Origin: Lophium mytilinum
Taxonomy: Eukaryota
Assembly: GCA_010093605.1 (NCBI GenBank)
Contig: MU004187.1
Location: forward strand, 1,558,018 to 1,622,017
DNA: 64,000 bases
Reading direction: 5' to 3'
In this document: positions 34,721 through 48,400 of the stretch, piece by piece
Position numbering within the stretch: position 1 is the first letter of the stretch
Layout: each line of letters opens with the position of its first letter
The notes under the pieces: generated by a model
Seen by the model: the letters and a program-made list of their open reading frames with translations, nothing else
The model's database searches: none
What the model was told of the DNA's origin: nothing
Position numbers and translations under genes: made by a program

Positions 34721-36399
34721 TAGTATAAATTTAGACTTCTAGTTAGAGGTTATAGTTATCTTTCTTCCCTTTCTCCCTATATATAGCTGCATGGCAGCTA
34801 ATAGCCTTATCTAAGGTGGCGTAATTTAAGTAGAATAATATTAGGTTTATAAGGCTAACTTTAAATATAGAACTATCTTTAGAGTTAATAAAGTAGGTAT
34901 ATATTAGTAAGAGGACTAAATATAGATTAGTAAATATATAATCTTCTTATATATAGTAGTAGTATATATTTTAAGTCTTAGTAGTAGTAAAAGGTCTTTC
35001 TAATATCTATATTAATAATTATAGATTAGAATATACTTAGTAGAATAAGTATTAAAGTATAGCTTATATATATAATTAGTACTATACTACTAGTAATATT
35101 AAGTATATTTATAGATATATTAACTTAAAGTCTATAGCTTTTATATAGCTATACTACTATACCTTCTTTATCTCTAAAGTATTTAAAGCCGCTCTTATCT
35201 AGAACTATAGATACTATAAGCTTCTTATACTAGTAAATAGTTAGTAGATATAAATAGAGAAGTAGTAGATAGACTTATATAGGCCTAATTCTTAATAAAG
35301 AAGCTCTTAGAGCTATTTCTATAGACCTTCTTTACTACCTCTAGTATAGTCTTTATCTCTAGCTTATTAAACTAGCCGCCCTTTATATTACCTAATTCTT
35401 AACTTAGAACTAGATATAGTAAATATTTATATATAGACTAGATAAGTGTATTATATTTAACCTTAAAGTTAGTAATATCTTTTTAAGAGCGCTAGAGAAA
35501 TATAGTAGCTTTCTCTAGATTATCTCTACTATATATAGTATATAGCGCTTTAAAGTAGTCTATATAGCTATTAATATAGATAGTAATAGTAAGATCTACT
35601 AGTCTATTCTAGTAGACTACTATCTACTCTATTATAGTAGTAGAGTTATAGTAACTTAGGCTATTAAGCTATTAGTAATATAGTAAGAAAAAGTATAGTA
35701 AGGCTTATATATAAGAGTAAGGTTAGAGTTAGATTTTACTTACTAGCCTACTTAGTTATTAGTAAAGGAGGTAAAGGTCTTTACTAGCTATAATATAATA
35801 CGCGCCTACTAGATAAAGCAGGTTTATAGCCTTAGCTTAGGTAATAAATAATACTATATAGCCTAAAAAGTTAAATAGTTAAAATAGACTTTATACTATT
35901 ATAAAAGAGTAATAATCTCTAATTATAATTAATTATATTAAGCGTTAAAGGTAATAGAGTAGAAGCCGCGGGCAATACTAGGCTCTATAAAGGGCGGTCT
36001 TCTAGTATTAGAGCCTAAAGGTAAAGAATAATATATACTACTTTAGAATTAGAGAAAGAATTTAGGTCTATTAAATAGAGTAGTAGGTCTACTAATAGAA
36101 TACCTCTTAATATTATTAGAAATATAGCCCCTAATATTAGCTACCCTAGATATTACTTTAAATAGTTTATAGGGCGTAAATCTTAACTAGTATAACTAAC
36201 TTATATATACCTGCGCAGTATTTAAATAAGTAGTAGCCCTACTTAATAAGAAGGGGTATAATAAAATTAAAACAGGTAAGATAATATAAGTAGCGGGCTA
36301 ACTTTAATTATAAAAGAAAGATATATATAATCTCTAATTATAATTAATAATCTATAAAAGAGAAGAGTTAAGCGCATAGATAGTAAGAAAAATTAAATT

Positions 36400-37500
36400 A
36401 CTAGTAATTAACTTATATATTAATATTTTTAAAACCCTATTATACCTTATACTTAAATATAGATACTATTATAGAATAAACTACTATATTTAGAGGTCTA
36501 GACTAACTATATATACCGCCTACTATATAACTTAAGTATACTTAAAAGAAGCCTTCTACCCGCTATCCTCTATCTCTATATTATCTACCTCTATCTCTAC
36601 TTTAGTATTATCTATCTTACCTACCTCTATCTCTATATCCTCCTTCTCTATATTATCTATATTAGACTTAAATTCTAACTTAAACGCTTTACTTATCTTT
36701 AAATTAGTTCTATAGTTAGTAAGTTCTATTATATATAAATTAACTAAGTGCTAAAAGTCCTCTAGATTAAAAGGCTTTAGTAGGTTATAGTCTAACTATT
36801 ATTTATAGTTAATAATATATTATATATAAATATTACTTAAGAGGTTTTAAAGTATTATTAACTAGTTAGCTGCGTTTAGTTAGAGTAGGTCTAGACTAGT
36901 ACACTTATCTATAAGGCTAGTAGATCCGCAATCTATATATATTATAGCAGAAGATAATAGTTATAGGCTAAAGTATTTATTAGTATTTAGGTCTATATAG
37001 TAGACGCAACTATATATATAAAAGAATTTTAAAAGAGTAAAGGTTAGTATCTTACCTAGTAACGCGTATATATAAGTATTATAGATAATAGAGTCTTAAT
37101 AGTATTATCTAAATAGCTAGAAAAGGAATATTATATTAGTAGGTATTTATAGAAAAGGGGGTGCTTACTTACCTCTTTAAGTAAGCTAATACTTACTAAC
37201 TTTTCTAGATAATTTATCTTAGTATTATATCTTATAGTATAGAGCTATAAGAGAATTATATTCTAACTATATATAGATAGGTGCAGCTTTAATTAATAAA
37301 ATACTTATTCTATTAGCTTAGTATTATTAGCTAGAACGTTATATAGCTTATAGGTATTAGTTTAATAGAGCTAAAATATAGAGTATTATTACTAATATAC
37401 TTAAAGTTATAGAGATAGAAAATATCCCCCTCTTTAGATATATATACTCTAGTAAAGGTAGAGAGTATCTTATAGTTCTAACCTAGTTTAGAGAGAGATT
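36400..37500 (-). pseudogene. RIP-degenerate intron-containing gene relic with an acidic tract (ends approximate)
   Basis: Intron at 37172-37117 (GTAAGT...CTAAT...TTTTCTAG) and a second possible one at ~37055-37010. D/E-rich codon run on the minus strand at 36555-36660. Confidence 0.5.
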
Positions 37501-39838
37501 TATCCGCGTTTAACTAGACTAGAATAGGTAAGTATAGTTTAAGTATATTAAGGTCTACACCTTACACCTCTATCTTATAGTATTAACCTACTAGAAAGTA
37601 GTTTATAACTTAACTATAGCCTAAAACCTCTAGTATAGATAATATACTTACTATAGGCGCTATTTAGGGTTAATTACTATAAAGTATTAAAAAAAGAAAG
37701 TAATTAGGGGGTAGTAAGTTTAAGTAGCTAGTAAATTTAATTAGGCAGCTATTATTAGTAAAGGGAAATAGGTAAAGGTAGTAATATATAATTTTAAAAA
37801 GTAAAGTAAGGTAGCGCTAGCGGGGTATACTAGTATTACCTAGTTTTATAGAAATTATATAGGAAAGTATATAGTTATTATCTTATATTAATTAGCCTTA
37901 GAGGTTAATAAAGCTAAATAATACTTAATTATCTCTTAATAGTAGGGAAAAATTAAGAATATCTTTTCTTATAGCCTTATTTCTATCTATACTATTACTT
38001 ACTAGTACTATAGCCCCTCTTTACTATACTACTTCTTAGTATTTACTAGCTTAGTTATAGAAGAGAGGTATTAGTAAGTACTTTTACTCTTACGCGCTTT
38101 ACTAAAATCTCTACTGCGTCTTTAACTCTTAGGGTAGCTTTAATCTCTTTAGCGTAACTACTAAGCTAGTACTATCTTATTATCTTTTATACCTCTATCT
38201 TCTAGTCTTCTATATAGAGTATATTATATTAATTCTAGTTAATATAGTTATTAATAAAAAAATAGATAGAGTCTAGGCTAGAGGTAGCTAGTATAATATA
38301 TATACTTTAGAGAACTTATAGTAGTAGATAGAATTAATATACTTCTAGCTTTTATTAGCAGCGGCTATTATTAAAAGCCTAAAAAGCTATCTCTACTAGG
38401 CTATAGATATAATATAGCTTCCCGTTATTAATTAGTACTAGAAGGTAAATAAAAACTCTAGAGTATACTACCTATAGGGTATCTTTACTCTTTAGAATAG
38501 AGTCTATAATAGTTACTATAAATTATAGCTATTCTACTAACCTCTTATTAGTAATACTAACGCGCGTTTTTCTATTTTTAGTATAGTCTAAGCTATACTC
38601 TTATATCTATAGATAGTTATATTACTATTTTTAGTTCTACTACTTAGAGTTATACTATAGATTTTCTTTTATAAGGCTTTCTAGGTTCTTACTAGTACCT
38701 AATTGCTTCTAATATAAAATACTAGCGTAGAACTTAAGCTAGAGGTAGCTAACCTAGAATAAATTAAAGTTTAATATATCTAGGCTACTAGGCTTAGTAT
38801 ATTAGCCTTAGATCTTATACCTCTCTTCTTAAATAAATATAGCGGCGGCGGCTATAAAGTCTAGCTTCTAGCTTATATTAGCTATATACTTAATACTTAC
38901 TTTTAAATAGTGTACTATTTAGCCTTTATAGAAATTATTATATCTAGGCTATTTAAAGTTTAAGATATTAATACTTTCTAATACTATTATCTATTATATT
39001 AGCATATCTCTTATTACTACTAGTTAAGAATAGTAATATTAGTAGTTTAGTATATTATTTATAGCCTAGTTATTTATAAGTCTCTAGTTTAATTAGTAGA
39101 TTTAGGGTAGAAAGTCCTTATAGTTTATTAACTAATACTATAATTTAACTAGGTGTTAGTATTTTACTTTACTATTTAAGCTAGTATTATAGCTATTAAT
39201 AGCGCTAAATTTCTATATAAAATTAATGTAGTGCTATATAATATAGAATTTTAGGTAGTAGAAGGCGTAGTTTCTATTCTTATTTCTAGGTCTAAATATT
39301 CTAAATTCTAACTTATATATATTAATTTAAGCTATTACTAGCTCTATATACTCTAGTATAGCCTTATTATATATTTTATACTATGCTAGAATAGTAAAAT
39401 TAAGTATTATATAGATAAACTAGAGCGCGTTTAGCGCCTTTACTTCTAGTAGTAGTGCTACTACTACTATAAGCTAGTAGGCTATAGACTTTTATTTAGA
39501 GCTAGTATACTATAAGAGTTTACTAAAATTCTTTTTATAAATATAGATAGACCTAGAAAAGGCAGTACATTCTTAAATTACTTATCTAGCTAGGTTAAGC
39601 CGCTCTTATTTTCTATTAAAATATAGGCATCTTTTCTTCTAATTACTAGGGTGTAGACCTTTACTACTAGTAGCTAGACCTATTTAATAAGGTTATAAAT
39701 AACGCCTATAAATAGTTAGTATAGAATATCTATTATTATTATCTAGTAGATATTAGTATAGGGGTGTTTCTAGGTAAAGTTATTTATAGAATATATATAT
39801 AACTCTATATTAAGCTCTATAGCCTCTATATTATATAG

Positions 39839-39848
39839 NNNNNNNNNN
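39839..39848. other. Assembly gap (10 N) flanked by an identical 59-bp sequence
   Basis: 39780-39838 equals 39849-39907. Confidence 0.95.
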
Positions 39849-41116
39849 TTATTTATAGAATATATATATAACTCTATATTAAGCTCTATAGCCTCTATAT
39901 TATATAGTACTTTATTTAGTAGAAGTTTTAAATACTCTTTATTATTATATTACTATTTAATCTAAATAATAGTTAAGTAGTAAAACCTTATAGTATATTT
40001 AGTCTCTAGGTCTTTATATTAATATAATAGTACCTAGTATATAGTATAGTATTTTCTAAATTTAATATCTATAAGTAGGCTCTATTCTTTATAATTAGCT
40101 ATAATCCCGTATAATACTAGATAGCACCTTTAATTCTTACTATCCCTGCATTCTAGTATAATTCTATTAGTAGTATATTCTATAATAGCTTATTTTATAT
40201 TAGAAAACTGCTTAGTATTAGTAAGAATTTTACTAATACCTAAGAATATAGCCTAAAGAGCTATAGTATAGCTAATACTTTAGGTAGTCTTCTTTATCTG
40301 CTATACTTAGTATAAAGTCTAGTAGTAGAGTACTAGGTAATATATTTAAGCACTATATAGTTCTATCTAGATTACTAATAGTTAGATAGACTAGCTATAT
40401 ACTCTTATTACTATAATATTAGGTAAGCTATATCTTATCTATAGAGAGTAAAATAGGTATTACTATAGCCCCTGCTAGAAGCTTTAACTAAGTCTACTAC
40501 TACTAGTCTAATATATATAACTTAGTATATACCTGCCAGCCTTTTATATTATAGACTTAAACTAGTATAAATATAAGGTAATTATAGAAAGAGTAGTATC
40601 TAATTAGAAATAATATAGCTACTATTATATTAAAGTAGTATACTAGATACTACTCTCTACTTAAGCTTTATTTTTTACTTAGGAAATGCAGCATCTCTAC
40701 TATATAGTTAGTATTACTAATACTATATCTAATTTTCTCTAGTTTACTATTCTATAAATCGCCTAATATAAATATAAGAGAGTTAGAGAATATACTTTTA
40801 AGGTAGATATTATTAAATAGTAGGTTAATATTATTCTTAGTATAGCTAATCTACTAAAGCTATAATATAAAAGTATAGTTAAACACTAATTAGAATAAAT
40901 AAAAGGGGGATTAGTCTCTATAATAGAGTAACTAGTTAGTAAGCTTTAATACTACCTTTATAGGCGGGGGGAATAGTAGTCCCTAATAATACTTATATCT
41001 ACTATCTAGTATTAGCCTATTTAATAGATGCCCCTGCAGGCATGCCTAATTTAGTAGAGAAATATACTTTCTCTTATAGTAATAATATAGATAATATTAT
41101 TAGTTAGCCTTATTAG

Positions 41117-41264
41117 NNNNNNNNNNNNNNNNNNNNNNNNNNNNNNNNNNNNNNNNNNNNNNNNNNNNNNNNNNNNNNNNNNNNNNNNNNNNNNNNNNNN
41201 NNNNNNNNNNNNNNNNNNNNNNNNNNNNNNNNNNNNNNNNNNNNNNNNNNNNNNNNNNNNNNNN
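41117..41264. other. Assembly gap
   Basis: Run of N. Confidence 0.99.
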
Positions 41265-43719
41265 AGTACTCTTTTAGTTTACTAGAGATATATAGCTCTA
41301 TTCTATTTATTTTATACTCTATCTTATTATAGGGGTTAGCTAGTAGGGGTAGACTTACTAGTAGTAATCTAGGCGTTCTAAATAATATTCTATCTATTAT
41401 TTAAATAACGCAGAGCATATAAAACTAGATTATAAATCTAGTAGTTTTAGTATTAGTAAGTAGAACCTACTATAGTATTTTAAGAAGCTTTTTATAGTAT
41501 AGTATATATTTATTTAGGGCGCTAAGTATTTAAAATAACTTATAGTAGTATCTATATTTAGTAGAAGGTATATACTCTATTTCTAGTTAAATTTAGTTAG
41601 CCCTATATAGAAACTTATAGATTATAAGTAATTATTATAGATTATATTAGATTATAGGCTAGTATATAGTACTTATTATTCTTTAATAGTATATAATACA
41701 TTTTAATAGAAGGCGGGCTATTTTATTAGCCTAGAACCTTAACGTATCTATATATTAAAGACTATAGCTTACTCTTTTAAACTATAACTCTAAAGCTTAT
41801 ATATAATTATTTCTATTATTTTTATATTCTTTATAGCTAGTATAAACCTTTATAGTAGGTGTAGTTTTAAGCGCGTACTAGTAGTTATATTTAGTTTCTC
41901 TAGTTTTAATAGTATAGCGTATATTAAAAGTAAGTATTACCTCTTACTAATTTCTAGTATTTAACTTTCTACCGCAGTTACTAACTATAGTAAAGAACTC
42001 TTAACTCTAGGTAAGTACTATCTAGGTAATATAGAAGAAGATACTAAGTCTAAGTATATTACTTTCTTCTATAAGGTAAGTGCTAGGCGGTAATATATTA
42101 CTAGTCTAGTAGAATAGAGTTAATAGGTATCTACTAAGAGTGCCGGCGTTATTAAGAAAATAGCTACTAGGGTAAGTGCTAGTTATAGAATAACTATAAG
42201 ATAGTAATATTAGATATATATTAAGTAGCCTAGGTTAAACTTCGCGTCTCTCTTAGCCGGCGCAAAATTAGATAATAGCTAGAAGGCGCTAGTTAGGTAG
42301 AGAGTTTTATAATATTACTAATTTAGCTACTTAAGCCTCTTATATGCGGTAGAATTAGTAGTATATATATTAGTAATAACTACACTTAATAAAAATAAAA
42401 TAGATAGAGAGTAGATAACTTATAAGAACTAGTAAGTAGTAAAAGTAGAGGACTATCTTCTTATAGATTATAAGAGTACTTAAGCCTTTCTTTAATAGTC
42501 TATACTACGCTATTAGAAGTAGATTAAGTTCTTTAGCTACTTTTATAATAATACCCTAGTAAAACTCTAGGCTCTATTCTATACTAGGTTAATAGGAAAG
42601 CTAAAGAATTATTAAGCCCTTATTAATAGTGCTAGAAATTAGGCTAGTAGATATTTAGCCCTAGAAAGATATTAGCTTATAGGCTATATATATTACTATC
42701 TAGTATTTATATATATAACCTATAGTAAATATAATAATAACTTAGTATTTTAAATTAAGTATATAGGTATAGAAGACTTCTAGATTACTAATACCTCTAA
42801 ATTAGTAGCAGGGATACTATCTTTTATCTAAGTCGCCGGCGCCTATAACTAGTGCTAGCAGTAACTCTTATACTATAGTCTACTTAGGCCGCCCGCAGAA
42901 TATCTAATTATTTTTAATTATTATTAATTATTTCTAATTATAGTAGCCCTCTACTACTTATTATATTTTAGCTAATGCTTTAGCTATATAGTTCTATATT
43001 CTCTAGCTAAGCTTATCTTTATATAGATTCTATAGTCTATAATTATCTTACATATTTAAGTTATTACTACTATTACTATCTCTATTAAGAAGCCTAGCAT
43101 AGTTCTTAAGGTCTAGAATAGCCTTATAGATGCAATTTAAGATAGTTAGCCGCCGGCGTATTAATTTATTATCGCCCGAGTATAGTATATAGATACTATC
43201 TTAGTTAGTATTATTATCTTTACTAGTATTATACTTAGAGTAGAAGTTATTACTTTTATTATAGCTAAAGGCGGAGTAGTAATAGCTAACTACTAGGTAG
43301 CTACTTACTTTATAATAGTTAATAGTGCTATTAGTAATTAGTTCTTAGATAAATATAGTAAAACCTCTAGCTATATAGTAGTTTATATAGAAGGTTAAAC
43401 TATTAATATAGTAGACTTTAGTAGTATTCTATTTATCCCCCTCTACACTATTACTAGCCTTAGCCCGGCTAGCCTTAAACTTATCTAGTACCTTAGCGTA
43501 GTACCTAAAAATATTCTTAATATTATATTTACTATACCTTCCCAGTCTACTAGTTATCTTAAAGTTATAAACTTACTTAACCGCAACCTATACTAACTTA
43601 AATAGGGATAGAAACTAGTTAGAGCGGCCTTAGTAGGAAATATTAATAGTATATAGTCCCTCTAGCAGTATATAATTCTCTATTATTAGAACCTAGTACT
43701 AATCTAGATATATATAAAG

Positions 43720-44325
43720 NNNNNNNNNNNNNNNNNNNNNNNNNNNNNNNNNNNNNNNNNNNNNNNNNNNNNNNNNNNNNNNNNNNNNNNNNNNNNNNNN
43801 NNNNNNNNNNNNNNNNNNNNNNNNNNNNNNNNNNNNNNNNNNNNNNNNNNNNNNNNNNNNNNNNNNNNNNNNNNNNNNNNNNNNNNNNNNNNNNNNNNNN
43901 NNNNNNNNNNNNNNNNNNNNNNNNNNNNNNNNNNNNNNNNNNNNNNNNNNNNNNNNNNNNNNNNNNNNNNNNNNNNNNNNNNNNNNNNNNNNNNNNNNNN
44001 NNNNNNNNNNNNNNNNNNNNNNNNNNNNNNNNNNNNNNNNNNNNNNNNNNNNNNNNNNNNNNNNNNNNNNNNNNNNNNNNNNNNNNNNNNNNNNNNNNNN
44101 NNNNNNNNNNNNNNNNNNNNNNNNNNNNNNNNNNNNNNNNNNNNNNNNNNNNNNNNNNNNNNNNNNNNNNNNNNNNNNNNNNNNNNNNNNNNNNNNNNNN
44201 NNNNNNNNNNNNNNNNNNNNNNNNNNNNNNNNNNNNNNNNNNNNNNNNNNNNNNNNNNNNNNNNNNNNNNNNNNNNNNNNNNNNNNNNNNNNNNNNNNNN
44301 NNNNNNNNNNNNNNNNNNNNNNNNN
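43720..44325. other. Assembly gap
   Basis: Run of N. Confidence 0.99.
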
Positions 44326-45240
44326 CTCTTATAGAGTTCTACTAGCTTAGCAGGGGTAGCTAGTTAGATTAGAATAATAGTAAGAAAGATAGGGACCTCT
44401 ACTAGCTCTTTACTAGTAGTTATATTAGTATTATACCTAATTATCTAGCCTCTAAATAAGGGCGGTAGATATTCTTCTAGAATTTTAAGAACCTTAAGGG
44501 TGCCCTTAATAGTAAAATTATAGTAGTACTTAGACTTATTTATAGAGGCTACCTTTTATAGTTTATATATATCTAGATTAAAATAATAAGAGTAAGTATA
44601 CTATTATGCACCTAGTATATTAGTAGGTAGGCTAGAGCGTATCTAAGTAGAGATTTTAAATTAGCACTTAATTATAACTTACTTTAGTAGCTTTTAGTTT
44701 TATAGCGCTTTAGTAAGCTTTACTATATAGGTAGTATTAGGTATAGTTATTAGAATAATAGTAAGAGCGTAGGTATCTATTACCCCTATTTAGCCTTTTA
44801 AGATTAGAATATTTACTATAGAATTAAGTTAGTATTTAGTATATCTCTAGTACTTTTAAAGGTTACTATATTTATCTTTAAAGGTTACTATAGATTTAAA
44901 CCCGTTAGTAGACTATATTATAGTTATTTAAGTAGTAAGTATCTTTTTAAGTTCTACTTTCTATAGTTTATTTAATTTATCCCTTATAACTAAGATTTTA
45001 CGTATACTATATAGAAGATTAAAAAATTAGTTAGCGCCCTTAGAGTAGAGTTAAAAGAAGGGCTTAATAGTAATCTCTCTATATATAGATTAGTCTATTA
45101 AGTCTAAATACTACTATATATAAGCTAGACTTACTACTTAGTCTCTATCTAAAGTATATTAGCCTTTACTATTCTAGACTATATATTACTATTAGGCCTA
45201 ATATATTTAAATAGTTAGTTAGTATTAGTATAAATAGATA

Positions 45241-45460
45241 TATTATAGTATAATAGTAGATTATAAAAGAAGACCTAATATTAGTATATATAGATAAAGT
45301 AGCTATAAGAGAGAGAAAAGGGCGCAGAGCGCCGGCTAAGAGGTAGGCAAGGCTAGCGCCAAGCCTAGTTATATAATAATAATTATGTACTAGAGGGTAT
45401 ATAACACTATTATATATATTAGAAATATATTATAATAGGGGTTATATTATAGCTATAATA
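45241..45460 (-). repeat. 3' LTR of element B
   Basis: Colinear with 53293-53512. Confidence 0.94.
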
Positions 45461-48400
45461 CTACCCCCCCTCTAAAAGAAACTATATATAGAGCTCCTTC
45501 TATTATACTTTAGCCTTCCTATTTTATACTTACTATGCGTAAGTAGTTCTTCCGTAATTAATCCCTTTTTATAAGTAGTTCTTTAATTAATTCTTCTATT
45601 AATTACGCAGTTTTACTATAATTATGTAGTCTTACTATAATTCTTTATAACTATTTAGTCTTTTATATAGTATTATAAACTATAGGTACTATACGGGCGT
45701 AATATAAATTAGTATAGAAGTTAAACTTATAAACCTTTATATTACCTATTACCTAGTAGTCTACTAGGTTAGCGTCTTCTAACTAGAGGAGTTAGTAATT
45801 ACTTAGCTAGCTAGCGCTAGTTAGCTTTAGTAATATCTAGCTTAAGTATCTACTTCTATAGTTTTAATATAATTATAGCTAGTAGGGGTTTCTAGTACTT
45901 AGGTTTCTTAAAAGACTTATAAGAACTAGCGGCGTTAGAGTATTAATAATAGTAGTCTATTATAATATCACGGTAATTAAACGTGCTTTTATATAATTTC
46001 TACTTAGGTTTAGCGTTCTAGTTAGGGTAACTAGTGTATTGTATTTTATATTATAAGAGGCCTTTCTTACCTATAGTAGAATTAATTATTACTTTATTAA
46101 TTTATAAGTTAATAATATTATCTATATTCTATTATTTAAAACCTTCTTTATTAACCTTAATAGGGCTAGGTTTATTATATATTTAACCTTAAAGCGGCTT
46201 ATAAGTAACTCTATAAAGTAGCTATAGATAAAAGATATTAAATAGTCCCTTTATAGTATAAGGCAGTATAAGCTTATAGGCGCTATTATTAATAACACAA
46301 GTAATTTTATAGAGTTCTAGTTACTTATAGTCTAAGAACTTATTTAGGTATTAGGTCTTAATATTACGCGCGTTAAGTATTACTTTATCCCCTATTTTAA
46401 GCTTAGGCGCGGGCTTCTACTTAAGATTTATATAGTAAGCTTAATATACCTATATCTAGATAAGCTTATCTTATAAGAAAAGTCTAAGCCTATTAATTTA
46501 TTTAGTAAGGGCGTTAGCTTTCTCTTAAAGTAATTTCTAGAGGCCTTTTAGTTTAATAGTATTATTAGCGGGCTTAAGTCCTAATTATAGGTTATAACCT
46601 TTTATTACTATAAATAGTAATACGCCTATTATAGTTTTAGCGTAGTTAGCCTTAAATTTAGTAATAGATAGAAGATCTACCTAGTTATCTTATTTATAGT
46701 TAATATAGGCGTGTAGATATTACTTAAGTACTATATTAGTAATCTTAGTCTAGCTATCTATTTTAGGGTAAAATAATAATAAGAGCTTTAGCAATGTGCT
46801 AATGCGAGCGTAGAGGCGTTTCTAGAAGTATAAGATAAACTAGGCGCTATAGTCTAAGATAATAGTATATAGATAGCCTTCTTTATACTAAACCTATTTA
46901 ATAAATACTTAGATAACTAGCTTAACTTCTATAGAGTTAAGTAGAATAAACTTTCTCTTCTTAAATAGTTAATTAACTATAACTATAATATGCTTATATT
47001 TTCTACCCTATTATTTATAGATAGGTAGTAGTCTAATAAAGTTAACTAAGATATTATACTAGTAGTAATATAGAATTAGAAGTAGATAAAGAAGGCCTTA
47101 CTTACCTTCTCTAGAGTACTTTAAGCGGCGATAGGTTATATAAGCGCCTATATACTAATTAACGTTAGAGGTTATAAAAGGCTAGTAGTAATAGTTACTT
47201 AATCTAGCGTATATAGAGGTTATTTCTATATAACTAGCAGGTTTAAGTTTATATATAGAATAGATAATAGTAGTATATAATCTTAGTATAGCTAGTATAT
47301 AGAGCTTCTTATAAATATAGAGAAAGTTATTAATTATATTATAGTTACTAAGTTTAATTTATAGATAATAATTATAATAAAATTAAGCTAGTAGTTATTA
47401 CTTATTATAGCGCTTAGTATATTTAACTACTTATATAATAGAGTTAGCCTAAGAGGCTTTCTTAATATATTATAAGATCTAGTTACTAGTAAGAATAGGT
47501 TTTAACGTATTATATAGCTTAGCGTTAGAACTGCATTCTTACTTAAAAGAATTATTTATCTTATCTTCTATAGAGGGCTCCGGCGCAGAATTCTTTATCT
47601 TATCTACGCGCGGCTCTAGGCGTAATCTTATTTAGCGCGTATATATAACTACTAGTTAGGCTCTATTATTCTCTAGCTAGTTAAACTTGCTAAGGTTATA
47701 TATTATAGAGGCTAGATCTATAATAGTATATTCTAGGGCGTTATTTATAAGAATATAGGCTAGGTTAATAGCGTAGTATATATTAGGCTTATAGTTAGCA
47801 GGCTTAAGTATAACTTATTCTTAGTACTTATAGCGGGCGTCGCCTTCCGCTAGTTTATTACTAGAATATCTAGTAAGAAGGTCTAGTTTATTATTTTATT
47901 TTCCGGGTTTATACGTAATTTTAAAGTTAAATTTAGCTAAGAATTTAGCCTATTATACTTAATAGCGGTTAAGGCGCTTAGTTATTATAAATATCTAGAG
48001 GTTCTTATAATTAGAGATTACGTTAATAGGGCTACTATATTTCTAGCTCTAGCTAGTAAGTTCTAGCCGCTAGTCTTTAAATACTAGAATAATAGCAAGT
48101 AGTTCTTTATTATAGATAGCGTAATTAATCTACTATAGCGTTATTTATTATAATATAAAGGTAATAGGGCGTAGAGTACTATCTAGTTAGACCTATAATA
48201 GTACTGCGGCTATTATATAATTTAAAGAATTATACTTAACCTATATTTTATAGTCTAGATTCTATAAAGCTAGCTAAGGGGCGTTTTAGAAGTATTTCTT
48301 AATATAGGTAAATACTTATACCTTATCTCTATTATCTTTCTAAGGAAATTTAAATAACTTTCTAGCTAAGAATATAAGTATAGAAAGGGGGGCGGTAAAC

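Larger units (their letters stand above)
37959..45240 (+). pseudogene. RIP-degenerate relic of one or more large genes, possibly encoding a secreted protein (unidentified; spans three gaps)
   Basis: ATA (RIP'd ATG?) at 37959 begins the hydrophobic SFLIALFLSILLLTS; a GTAAGT...TTAAC...TTAG intron-like segment lies at ~38076-38131; long protein-like frames remain (e.g. 43210-43715) whose stops are all TAA/TAG. Confidence 0.4.

Noticed and set aside
39780..39907. Perfect 59-bp direct repeat
   Set aside because: It flanks a 10-N gap exactly, so it is most likely a contig-overlap artefact.
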